A stretch of DNA of 20,946 nt, taken from NCBI GenBank assembly GCA_043823375.1, contig JBDRAX010000031.1:1-20946 (forward strand). Direction: 5' to 3'. A program made the position numbers and the translations under genes. Source of the DNA: Candidatus Omnitrophota bacterium. Its GTDB lineage: Bacteria > Omnitrophota > Gorgyraeia > Tantalellales > Tantalellaceae. The stretch's first letter is position 1. Each line of letters begins with the position of its first letter. Of this stretch, positions 7,406-15,550 are shown piece after piece. The notes beneath the pieces were generated by a model. The model was not told the DNA's origin. It worked only from the letters and a program-made list of their open reading frames with translations, and did not search any database.

Positions 7406-8932
7406 TTATAGATCATGGCCGCAATAAGAGAGGTTAAAGCTTTTATTGCATAACGGGAAATTTGATATTTCTTCGCCGCGTAAAACCATTTCCAGAGCGG
7501 CCCAGTTATGAAAAGAAGGGTCCACTATCTTATACGCCTTAAATTTTCCGTCCGGACCGGTTAAAACAGTATGGCAGATCTCACCCCTCCACCCTTCGAC
7601 AAGAGATACTGTGATCGCGTCCGGTTCAAGTCTGCCGGTTTTCACGCGGATATCATCCCCTGGAAGCGCGCTCATCTGTTCCTTAATAAATTCCACGGAC
7701 CTCTGCGCTTCAAGCCAGCGGACATAAGCCCTCGCGAAAACGTCACCTGTGGGGTATGTGGATACGGGGATATGCCCGAGCCTGTATATGCCGCTGGGAA
7801 AATCAAAGCGCGCGTCACGCTCTATGCCCGAGGCGCGGGCCGCTACTCCTACTATGCCGAGCGACTCCGCGGTTTCGCGGGTTAGAGAACCCGTCCTTTC
7901 AAACCTCTCCACGCAGGAAGGAGAATCCCACATGAGATTGACCGCTCCGGCCGTATCCCTGAAGATCTCATCCAGTTTTTTTAATAACTCCCCCGTAAGA
8001 ACACTGTCAACATCGAACTCAACACCTCCGGGTGAAACCATACCCCTGCCGAAACGGTTACCGCACACAAGCGCCGTCAGGTTCAGAAAATCCCCGCGGA
8101 GGCGCCCGCAGTAAGAAGCCGTGGGCAGATACGCTACGTCATTAGCCAGCGCCCCGAGATCCCCCGTATGATTGGCAAGCCTTTCAAGTTCAAGCATCAC
8201 ACCCCGCAGGACCTGCGCCCTGGCAGGTATCCCGCACCGCGAAAGAGATTCTACCGCCTGCGCGTACGCTGACGCGTGGGCTATGGAAGTATCTCCCGCG
8301 AGCGTCTCCATGTAACGCACTGTCCTTTTATCCGGCCCGCCCGACAAAGCCCGTTCAATACCGCGGTGCTGATAACCGAGAGAAATTTCAAGGTTATACA
8401 CATGTTCCCCATGGCACTGGAAGCGGAAATGCCCGGGTTCTATTACCCCCGCGTGCACAGGGCCTACTCCGACTTCGTGGATCGCGGTACCTTCCATCCT
8501 GAAAAAATCTGTTACCCCCGGGAGCCTTTCTTCACCGCTTTTCCGGCCCCACGCGTCATATCCCGCGCGGTAACAGTCATGAAACCGTAAAGGTTTCAGC
8601 CAGGGATGGCCTTCGGGGATAATGCCCCACTGTTCGGCGATCTCACGTTCGAACCGCGCGAACTGGGCGCAGTCATTCGTAAAAGAAGTATATTTATTTT
8701 CGACGTCCGACGCGGCTATAAAAATCTTTCCTTCAGTGTCTTTAGCAAGGACCGCGTAAAGACGCGCGTGAGCGTTCCCGCCCGGCACAGCGAAAAAAGA
8801 AGCCGCGCGGCCCGAATCTTTTATAATGCCGAGGACTATATCCCTGAATTCACTGAAACCGGTAACGGGCAGATCCCTTAAAAGCGCCCGTTCTCCATTA
8901 CGAAGCATCAAAAAAGGTTTCTTCTCCGTCAT
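7406..8932 (-). CDS. HycE/NuoCD-like large subunit (NuoC-NuoD fusion architecture) of an energy-converting hydrogenase-related complex; apparently lacks the NiFe-ligating cysteine motifs
   Basis: 508-aa ORF. A NuoC-like N-terminal third is followed by the NuoD/HycE core (GVGPVHAGVIEPGHFRF...LGYQHRGIERA...). At the position of the L1 motif (ER-x-C-G-x-C-xxx-H) the sequence reads RYMETLAGDTSIAH, with Ala and Thr in place of the two Cys. The C-terminus ...FPLCNKSFNLSYCGHDL has no DPCxxCxxH/R motif. It overlaps the next gene by 4 bp. Confidence 0.85.
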   Translation of the reverse strand: MTEKKPFLMLRNGERALLRDLPVTGFSEFRDIVLGIIKDSGRAASFFAVPGGNAHARLYAVLAKDTEGKIFIAASDVENKYTSFTNDCAQFARFEREIAEQWGIIPEGHPWLKPLRFHDCYRAGYDAWGRKSGEERLPGVTDFFRMEGTAIHEVGVGPVHAGVIEPGHFRFQCHGEHVYNLEISLGYQHRGIERALSGGPDKRTVRYMETLAGDTSIAHASAYAQAVESLSRCGIPARAQVLRGVMLELERLANHTGDLGALANDVAYLPTASYCGRLRGDFLNLTALVCGNRFGRGMVSPGGVEFDVDSVLTGELLKKLDEIFRDTAGAVNLMWDSPSCVERFERTGSLTRETAESLGIVGVAARASGIERDARFDFPSGIYRLGHIPVSTYPTGDVFARAYVRWLEAQRSVEFIKEQMSALPGDDIRVKTGRLEPDAITVSLVEGWRGEICHTVLTGPDGKFKAYKIVDPSFHNWAALEMVLRGEEISNFPLCNKSFNLSYCGHDL

Positions 8933-10407
8933 ATTCCCCCCAGCACGCGAGCGGCCTGTTCAAGGACCCTCTGAAGCGCTCCCGGCATGTATACTCCGAG
9001 AATAAGCGCGATCAGGCATAATATGGAACCCGGGGCAGTTAACATAAAACTCTCCCTGACTTTACCGCGGGAGAACTCTTCGGACGGATCACCCTGCGCC
9101 ATATTAAGCACTATGTTCGCCATACTTATGAAAATAACGGATAAAAGAATGATATAAGCCGCGGCAAAAAAGATATGCCCGCTGTCAAGCGCGCCTTTAA
9201 GTATTATGAATTCACTTAAAAAAATGCCGGATGGAGGTGTCCCTGTCACCGCTAAAAAACCGGCGATCCATAACACGCCCGAATACGGGATGACTTTCAC
9301 CGCTCCACGTATATCCCGTATGTTTTTTGACCTGTATACGGCAAGTATGTTCCCCGCCGTAAAGAACAGCACGGCTTTTATCAGAGAATGGTTTATGACG
9401 TGAAACATCGCGCCGAACACGGCGCCTCCGCCTATTCCAGCGCCAAGAGCCATGATCCCCATGTGTTCGACGCTTGAATACGCGAGCATCCGCTTAAAAT
9501 CCGTCTGTCCCGCGATGAATACCGCGGCGAACGCCATGGAAACTATCCCGAATACCATAAGGAGCTGCCCGCTGAACTCAGCCTGGCCCGCGGCGCACGA
9601 AACCTGATGCGCCCTGAGGATGCCGAGAAAAGCGCAGTTAAGAAGCGCCCCTGAAAGCAGGGCCGAAACGACCGAAGGCGCCTCACTGTGCGCGTCCGGA
9701 AGCCATGTGTGCATCGGGGCAAGGCCCATTTTAGTACCGTAGCCCACGATCAGAAAGATAAACGCCACTTTTAAGCGCGGGACATTAAGCCCCGCTCCCT
9801 GTTTTATCATATCCCCGAGAAGAAGGGGCGTATATCCCTCCGGGGCGTTATTCACAGAAACCGCGAGGAACAGATTTCCGATAAGGGCCAGCGCGATCCC
9901 GACTGAACAGATCAGTAAATATTTCCAGGCGGCTTCAAGGGAACGGTGGTGCCTGTGAAAATATATCAAAGGCGCGCTCACAAGAGTGGTAGTTTCCATG
10001 GCCACCCACAAAACACCCATGTGCCGGCTTACCGTGACAAGGGTCATCGCTGAAAGAAAGATCAGGAGGCATCCGGTAAATACCGCTTCAGGCGCGTCAC
10101 TGAAAATAAAACCTTCTTCAATATCCTTCCTCCCGCCGTGCCCTTCTCTTCTGAGGTACGCTGTCCCGTATATCGACGCGGCCAGAAAAAGCAGGCTTAT
10201 CACGCTTAAAAAAAGTTTCCCGAGAGGGTCGACGCAAAACCATTTTCCGGCTTTTACGCCTTCCGGCGGAAAAAACCATACAGCCGCTGAAAGGGACGCG
10301 TGGATAACGGCGGCTGAAATAAACAGCGCCCGGCGCGGCCCGTCATGCCGGATAAGAAACGCCAGGATACCCGCTATAAAAGGCACTCCTATCAGGGCGA
10401 AAATCAT
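8929..10407 (-). CDS. NuoN/HyfF-like proton-translocating antiporter-type membrane subunit (Mrp/complex I antiporter family)
   Basis: 492-aa polytopic membrane protein with the family hallmark ...GYGTKMGLAPMHTWLPDAHSEAPSVVSALLSG... It overlaps its neighbours by 4 bp on both sides, consistent with translational coupling. Confidence 0.85.
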   Translation of the reverse strand: MIFALIGVPFIAGILAFLIRHDGPRRALFISAAVIHASLSAAVWFFPPEGVKAGKWFCVDPLGKLFLSVISLLFLAASIYGTAYLRREGHGGRKDIEEGFIFSDAPEAVFTGCLLIFLSAMTLVTVSRHMGVLWVAMETTTLVSAPLIYFHRHHRSLEAAWKYLLICSVGIALALIGNLFLAVSVNNAPEGYTPLLLGDMIKQGAGLNVPRLKVAFIFLIVGYGTKMGLAPMHTWLPDAHSEAPSVVSALLSGALLNCAFLGILRAHQVSCAAGQAEFSGQLLMVFGIVSMAFAAVFIAGQTDFKRMLAYSSVEHMGIMALGAGIGGGAVFGAMFHVINHSLIKAVLFFTAGNILAVYRSKNIRDIRGAVKVIPYSGVLWIAGFLAVTGTPPSGIFLSEFIILKGALDSGHIFFAAAYIILLSVIFISMANIVLNMAQGDPSEEFSRGKVRESFMLTAPGSILCLIALILGVYMPGALQRVLEQAARVLGGI

Positions 10408-11081
10408 TTCAATACCCCCTGTGAATCCGAACGCCAGTCTCCAAGCATTGAAAGTTCATCCGTGTCTATATGGTCGAACTCCCGGTTTATATGGAAAATA
10501 GCTATACCCATGACGAATACCGCCACAAAAATATCCAGCAGTATGCCCAGTTCCACTAAAACAGGCTGTTCAAGAAGCATAATAACGCTTAAGCAGTATA
10601 TACCGTTCTCAAGGATCAGGTACCCTATTACCTGTGTCAACGCCTTCCGGCGGGTGACAATAATAAAAAGGCCCGTCAGTATGGTGGAAAAAGGAACAGC
10701 CGCGGCAAACCCTGACAGCCATTGCCGATCAGGCAATGGGAGCGCCGACGCGAACCAGAACGAAACGCCGAGCGCCACAACTCCCATTAACAGAGAAACC
10801 GGATAACCTATCAGAGGTTCTATTTCCCGGCTCACATCCGCTTCCCTCAGAGAACGTGAAAGGAGGCGCGGGAATACTATGCCTTTTATCGCGACCGTGA
10901 CAGCGGCGAAAATCATTATCCGGGGCATAAGGCCCCCCTCATGTACAGCTACGGGTAACAGCCCCACTGCTATCCCGTGAAAAGCCGCCACCCTGATACA
11001 CGTAAGAAGGCGGCTGGAAGAAAGCAGCGTAAGGTTCAGCAGCACTATCACGAACATTATGATCTCATACCATTCTTTCAT
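10404..11081 (-). CDS. HyfE-like small membrane subunit with a C-terminal NuoK-like region
   Basis: 225-aa ORF with 6-7 predicted TM helices. The C-terminal LTQVIGYLILENGIYCLSVIMLLEQP resembles the NuoK/HyfE conserved segment (..ENG..). Its position between the NuoH-like and NuoN-like genes matches hyf operon order. Confidence 0.6.
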   Translation of the reverse strand: MKEWYEIIMFVIVLLNLTLLSSSRLLTCIRVAAFHGIAVGLLPVAVHEGGLMPRIMIFAAVTVAIKGIVFPRLLSRSLREADVSREIEPLIGYPVSLLMGVVALGVSFWFASALPLPDRQWLSGFAAAVPFSTILTGLFIIVTRRKALTQVIGYLILENGIYCLSVIMLLEQPVLVELGILLDIFVAVFVMGIAIFHINREFDHIDTDELSMLGDWRSDSQGVLK

Positions 11082-11085
11082 AATA

Positions 11086-11997
11086 TCACCTTATCTGAAC
11101 GAGTAAAGCGAGCACCGAAAACGCCAGAGCGCACACAAGCATCATCGGAACGTTATTCATCCGAAGCCTCGCCATAACAGATTCGACCATACCTGTGAGG
11201 ACCGAAAGCGCGGCCATACCCGCGGTGAAACAGAACATATTAACCCAGATATTGGCGGACCACCTGTTTACCAGTATGCCCGTAAACAGCGCCCCCAGAA
11301 CCCAGAATTTAAGCGACGCCCCGTAAAGTATAAAAGCGAGGTCAGGCCCGCAATGATCAAGCGCCATCACTTCATGTATCATCGTAAGCTCAAGGTGAGT
11401 ATTGGGGTCATCTACCGGTACTCTCGAGTTTTCCGCGAGAAAAACAAGAAAAACAGCCGACGCCGAGAACGCCAGAAGAGGGCCGTTATGCGCCCACATT
11501 TCCGGACTGAACGCGGAATACACGGCTGAAAGCGATATTGTCCCCGCCTCGCGCGCGAGGGCCGCCAAAGCTATTAAAAACGCGGGTTCCGCCAGAACCG
11601 CGAACTGTATTTCCCTGCCAGCGCCCATCCCTTCGAAACTCGACCCCGTATCAAGGGCCGCCAGTACCGTAAAAAACCTGGCTATACCGAATAAATAACA
11701 CAACAATATCAGGTCTCCGTCAAAAGATATAAGCCCGCGGGACGTTCCATATGGAATGATCAATAATGCCATTATCACCGCCGAAAGCCCCGCGACAGGC
11801 CCCGCGCGGAAGATCCATGTCGTAGTGCGGCTGTAAACGGCTGATTTATTGAGCAGTTTATATATATCGTAATAAAGCTGAAGAAGCGGCTGGCCCCTGC
11901 GCCCCGCGAAAAAGGCTTTAGTACGGTTTATGATCCCCATTAAAAGCGGCGCGAAGATAAAAGCCATGAGTATATTTATCAGAATAAACTTTGTCAT
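11086..11997 (-). CDS. HycD/HyfC/NuoH-like membrane subunit (complex I subunit 1 family)
   Basis: 303-aa ORF. N-terminal LMGIINRTKAFFAGRRGQPLLQLYYDIYKLLNK matches the NuoH/HycD signature (G.INR.KA..QGR.GP.LLQPY.DL.KL..K). Confidence 0.85.
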   Translation of the reverse strand: MTKFILINILMAFIFAPLLMGIINRTKAFFAGRRGQPLLQLYYDIYKLLNKSAVYSRTTTWIFRAGPVAGLSAVIMALLIIPYGTSRGLISFDGDLILLCYLFGIARFFTVLAALDTGSSFEGMGAGREIQFAVLAEPAFLIALAALAREAGTISLSAVYSAFSPEMWAHNGPLLAFSASAVFLVFLAENSRVPVDDPNTHLELTMIHEVMALDHCGPDLAFILYGASLKFWVLGALFTGILVNRWSANIWVNMFCFTAGMAALSVLTGMVESVMARLRMNNVPMMLVCALAFSVLALLVQIR

Positions 11998-13979
11998 TTA
12001 AACTGCCCCATTTTCCAGAAAAGAAGCGCAAGAAGAGTTATAACGATATACAGAACATAATACTGTACCCTCCCGTGCTGTATCCATTTCAGTTTCGCGG
12101 AAAGGCCTCTTATAAATTTCGAAAACGGCTCATACAGCTTTACCCGGAAAATATCGGGTGTCTCAACGGATAACTCGCCCCGCCGGGGAAATAAACCGCG
12201 GGGGCGCGAAACCCTGACAACGGACCTTAAGAAAAACCTGAATTGCCCTGAAAGCGGCTGGGAGAAAGATGAGCCCGTGTATTGCATACGGGGAGAACCC
12301 GCCGCGTAACCGCAATCCCATGTAACAGCCTTCTTCACCCCGCGTTTCGCCAGGAGCCTGATACGTATAACCGCGAGAATAGCGGCAATAGCCGAAAAAG
12401 CGAACGCTGAAGCCGCTATATATTTTAAACACCCTGATGCCCCGGATAAAACGGCGCTCGAAGGACGAGGAGGCAAGCCGGTTATACCTGAAACTACTCC
12501 GCCCAGAACATATATCAACGCCGGCGCGGCCGGTACGACGGCAAAACAGCATACTGTTAGAATAATAACAGGCGCGAGCATGGAGGCCTTCGCCTCATGA
12601 GCGCCGGCTATCCGGCTTTCGCGCGGTTCCCCCAGAAAAATGATCCCGAACGCTTTTGTGAAACACGCGGCGGCAAGGCCCCCGGTAAGCGCGAGAGCCG
12701 CTATAATACCGAAAAACACAACGGCACTGCCGTTCTGAAGCAAAGCGCCGTTTAACGCCCCTGAAAAAATAAGGAATTCACTCATAAACCCGTTTAAGAC
12801 CGGCATGCCGGAAACAGCCGCGGCGCCCGCCAGGAAACAAACACCTGTCAAAGGCATTTGTTTCAATAACCCTCCCATCCTGTCCATATTCCTTGTGCCG
12901 GCGGCACGCGCCAGGGACCCGGTACTCATAAAGAGCAGGCCCTTGAACATGGAATGGTTTATCACGTGTAAAAGCGCGCCGCAGAAACCAAGTACAGCGA
13001 GTACGGGAACCTCGAGCGCCATGCCGATAATACCCGTACCGATCCCCATAGCGATAATGCCCGCGTTCTCAATACTGCTGAAAGCGAGAAGCCTTTTGAT
13101 ATCCTCCTCGGCAAGAGCGAAAAGTATCCCCAGAACAGCCGACACAAGCCCTGTGCCCACCAGGAGCCACCCCCACCACACGGCCGGTTCCCCCGTAAAA
13201 GTCAGGATACGCAGAAGCCCGTATATCCCTGTTTTTATCATTACCCCGGACATAACCGCGGATACATGGCTGGGTGCCGCGGGATGCGCTTCAGGCAGCC
13301 AAACATGCATGGGCATGAACCCCGCTTTTGTGCCGAATCCTATTACCGCGAGAATAAAAATAACGGACGGCAGGATCTTTCCCTGAACGCTGAACGCCGA
13401 AAAATCGAAAGACCCGTTACTTTTTCCGAGCAGGATAAAAAGTACGAATAAAAACGCCGCGCCTATATGCGTTGCTATAAGATATGTTAATCCCGCTGAC
13501 CTGACTTCCTGTTTCTCATTTTCAAAAGTAACCAGAAAAAAGGACGATACCGACATAATCTCCCAGGACACAAGAAAAAGCACAGCGCCCCGGGCAATAA
13601 CCGTCATAACCATGCTGGCAATAAGGAGATTGAAAAAAAACCACGAATATCCGGTCCGCTTCTTCCCGTACCAGGACGCGATATACCCGCCGCCATAAAC
13701 AGCGGCTAAAGCTGAAATAAAAAATATCGGCAAAAGGAACAACGCCGACAGGCCGTCGGCCTCTATATGAAAAGAACCATACGGGATCTTCCATGGAAGG
13801 TTTAAAGACAACACTTCATTTTTCAAAAGCACCGAAACCGCGGGGATAATGCCGACAACGCACGCGGCTATATTCCCTGCCACGGCAATATATGTGGACC
13901 TGTACGGAGCCCTGTCAATAAGTAAAGCGATCAGCCCGCTTACAACCAGCAGGATCACCGCCGCTAAAATGTAAATCAT
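11994..13979 (-). CDS. HyfB/HycC/NuoL-like large antiporter-type membrane subunit
   Basis: 661-aa polytopic membrane protein. Antiporter-family core ...GFGTKAGFMPMHVWLPEAHPAAPSHVSAVMSGVMIKTGIYGLLR... with an extended C-terminus as in HyfB/NuoL. First gene of the operon. Confidence 0.85.
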   Translation of the reverse strand: MIYILAAVILLVVSGLIALLIDRAPYRSTYIAVAGNIAACVVGIIPAVSVLLKNEVLSLNLPWKIPYGSFHIEADGLSALFLLPIFFISALAAVYGGGYIASWYGKKRTGYSWFFFNLLIASMVMTVIARGAVLFLVSWEIMSVSSFFLVTFENEKQEVRSAGLTYLIATHIGAAFLFVLFILLGKSNGSFDFSAFSVQGKILPSVIFILAVIGFGTKAGFMPMHVWLPEAHPAAPSHVSAVMSGVMIKTGIYGLLRILTFTGEPAVWWGWLLVGTGLVSAVLGILFALAEEDIKRLLAFSSIENAGIIAMGIGTGIIGMALEVPVLAVLGFCGALLHVINHSMFKGLLFMSTGSLARAAGTRNMDRMGGLLKQMPLTGVCFLAGAAAVSGMPVLNGFMSEFLIFSGALNGALLQNGSAVVFFGIIAALALTGGLAAACFTKAFGIIFLGEPRESRIAGAHEAKASMLAPVIILTVCCFAVVPAAPALIYVLGGVVSGITGLPPRPSSAVLSGASGCLKYIAASAFAFSAIAAILAVIRIRLLAKRGVKKAVTWDCGYAAGSPRMQYTGSSFSQPLSGQFRFFLRSVVRVSRPRGLFPRRGELSVETPDIFRVKLYEPFSKFIRGLSAKLKWIQHGRVQYYVLYIVITLLALLFWKMGQFK

Positions 13980-14025
13980 ATCATCTTACCTGTATTTTGT
14001 TCCGCGTATCCCGCGTCAGTTCTTT

Positions 14026-14706
14026 TCACGCCTTACGGATATTGTTTTCAACGCGTTCCATCTCCCTCAGAATTGTTTCCCGGTCACCGTGGCCCAAAAT
14101 AACCCCGCTCAGCTCCGGATCCTTCAAAGTGAACATCAGCCTGGACAAAAGGTACAAATGCGCACGCGCGGTAGGGCTGACAAGCATAAAAAGGCAATGC
14201 ACGGGCTTACCGTCAAGCGCGCCGAAATCAACGGGGCTGTCGAGAAAACACAGCGATATGACCGAATACGGGACATCCAGCACTATCGGGTTCCTTACAT
14301 GCGGAATAGCGATCCCGTCCCCTATACCCGTTGAACTCAGATTCTCCCTCGCCAGGAGCACCTTAAAAAGAAAATCCCTGTCCACATCTTCAGGAAAATG
14401 TATAATATCGACTATATTCCTTAAGACCGACTCCCTGTCAGAGCCTCCCACACGGTAATATATCCCGCCTTTCCTGAGCGCCTCCGCCAGTCCCGCCACA
14501 TCCACAGTTCCTTCACCCGGGTCACTGAACATCTCCGGAGAGATAACAACCTTATTCGCCCCGGCCCAGTCAAGAAGTTCTGTCTTATTAAACCTGTACT
14601 GATTGTGCAGTTTATATACAGGTATGACCTTTTTCTTTATCCACCTGTATATTGTCCGTTCCGACACATTAAGCAATTTCGATACATCCTGCAAAGTAAG
14701 CTGCAT
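14026..14706 (-). CDS. Transcriptional regulator: N-terminal MerR/excisionase-type HTH (HTH_17-like) fused to a PTS EIIA type-2 (EIIA-Ntr/Fru-like) domain
   Basis: 226-aa ORF. HTH segment LTLQDVSKLLNVSERTIYRWIKKKVIPVYKL. C-terminal EIIA-2 domain carries the phospho-acceptor His motif STGIGDGIAIPHVR and a conserved ...HCLFMLVSP... block. Its stop lies 46 bp upstream of the first Ehr-like operon gene on the same strand. Confidence 0.8.
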   Translation of the reverse strand: MQLTLQDVSKLLNVSERTIYRWIKKKVIPVYKLHNQYRFNKTELLDWAGANKVVISPEMFSDPGEGTVDVAGLAEALRKGGIYYRVGGSDRESVLRNIVDIIHFPEDVDRDFLFKVLLARENLSSTGIGDGIAIPHVRNPIVLDVPYSVISLCFLDSPVDFGALDGKPVHCLFMLVSPTARAHLYLLSRLMFTLKDPELSGVILGHGDRETILREMERVENNIRKA

Positions 14707-14897
14707 AGATCCTTTAACCCCTTGTATTCGTTTTAATCAAAAACAATGACAAATCATATATTTATCTGACATTATACGACATATATGCCTTTATGTCAAT
14801 ATTTGTCTTGCTCGAGATAATTAACTCTTTTTCTTACGGGTAAGAACAAGCACCGGTTCATACACGCATTGGAGTTTTGTACAATTAAAGTAAATAT

Positions 14898-14953
14898 TTG
14901 ACAATCCACCATTGATAAGTATACTTAATTAACAATAATGTTAACTAAGTATA
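14898..14953 (+). promoter_or_regulatory. Predicted abiEi promoter with overlapping inverted-repeat operator
   Basis: TTGACA at 14898-14903, a 16-bp spacer, then TATACT at 14920-14925. An alternative is TTGATA at 14912-14917 with AATAAT at 14934-14939. A 14-bp inverted repeat, TATACTTAATTAAC at 14920-14933 and GTTAACTAAGTATA at 14940-14953 (one mismatch), overlaps the -10 elements and ends 10 bp before the ATG. The AbiEi family is typically described as autoregulatory at such repeats. Confidence 0.4.
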
Positions 14954-14962
14954 TTTATCAAT

Positions 14963-15550
14963 ATGAGAAAACTTAAAAACATAACCAAATTATATTTCGG
15001 ATATAAAGATATCTCCGTGGCTCTCGGGATAACAGATAATTCCGCGAAAGTTACAGCTAACCGGTATGTGGAGAGCGGGTATCTGGTTCGCGTCAAGAGA
15101 AATGTTTATGTCCTTTCAGAAAAATGGGAATATCTGGAAAAGGAAGAAAAATTCCTGATAGCAAACATTATTCAGGTACCTTCATACATCTCTCTTATGA
15201 CAGCGCTGGATTATTATGAGATAACTACACAGATACAACGAGGGTTCATTGAAAGTATTTCCATAAAAAGGACAAAAGAATCGGAGATCAATGGGCTGAA
15301 TTTTGTGTACAGCAAAATAAATAAACGGTTATATTTCGGTTTTGAAAAGAAACAGGATTTTTTTATAGCTTCGCCGGAAAAAGCTTTTCTTGACGCCTTA
15401 TATCTTATGTCGCTCGGAAGATACAAACTTGATATTTCTTCCATTGACATGAATAAGCTGGATAAAGGCAAAATAAGCGCCCTTCTAAAAGTTTTTCCGA
15501 AAAAAACCGAAAGGATTTACTCCAAGTATGGATATTCTGAAAAAACATGA
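14963..15550 (+). CDS. abiEi: AbiEi-family antitoxin/transcriptional regulator (type IV TA, COG5340-like)
   Basis: 195-aa ORF. The N-terminal wHTH-like region ...GYLVRVKRNVYVL matches the AbiEi_4 pattern (G.L.RV.RG.Y.L). The conserved middle block is IQVPSYISLMTALDYYEITTQ. It overlaps the downstream AbiEii gene by 23 bp. Confidence 0.8.
   Translation: MRKLKNITKLYFGYKDISVALGITDNSAKVTANRYVESGYLVRVKRNVYVLSEKWEYLEKEEKFLIANIIQVPSYISLMTALDYYEITTQIQRGFIESISIKRTKESEINGLNFVYSKINKRLYFGFEKKQDFFIASPEKAFLDALYLMSLGRYKLDISSIDMNKLDKGKISALLKVFPKKTERIYSKYGYSEKT

Noticed and set aside
12163-12552. Minus-strand 129-aa ORF inside the HyfB-like gene
   Set aside because: It is in a different frame of the same strand as a 661-aa membrane-protein gene with clear antiporter motifs. 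Its translation is Arg/Gly-rich with no hydrophobic pattern, so it is spurious.
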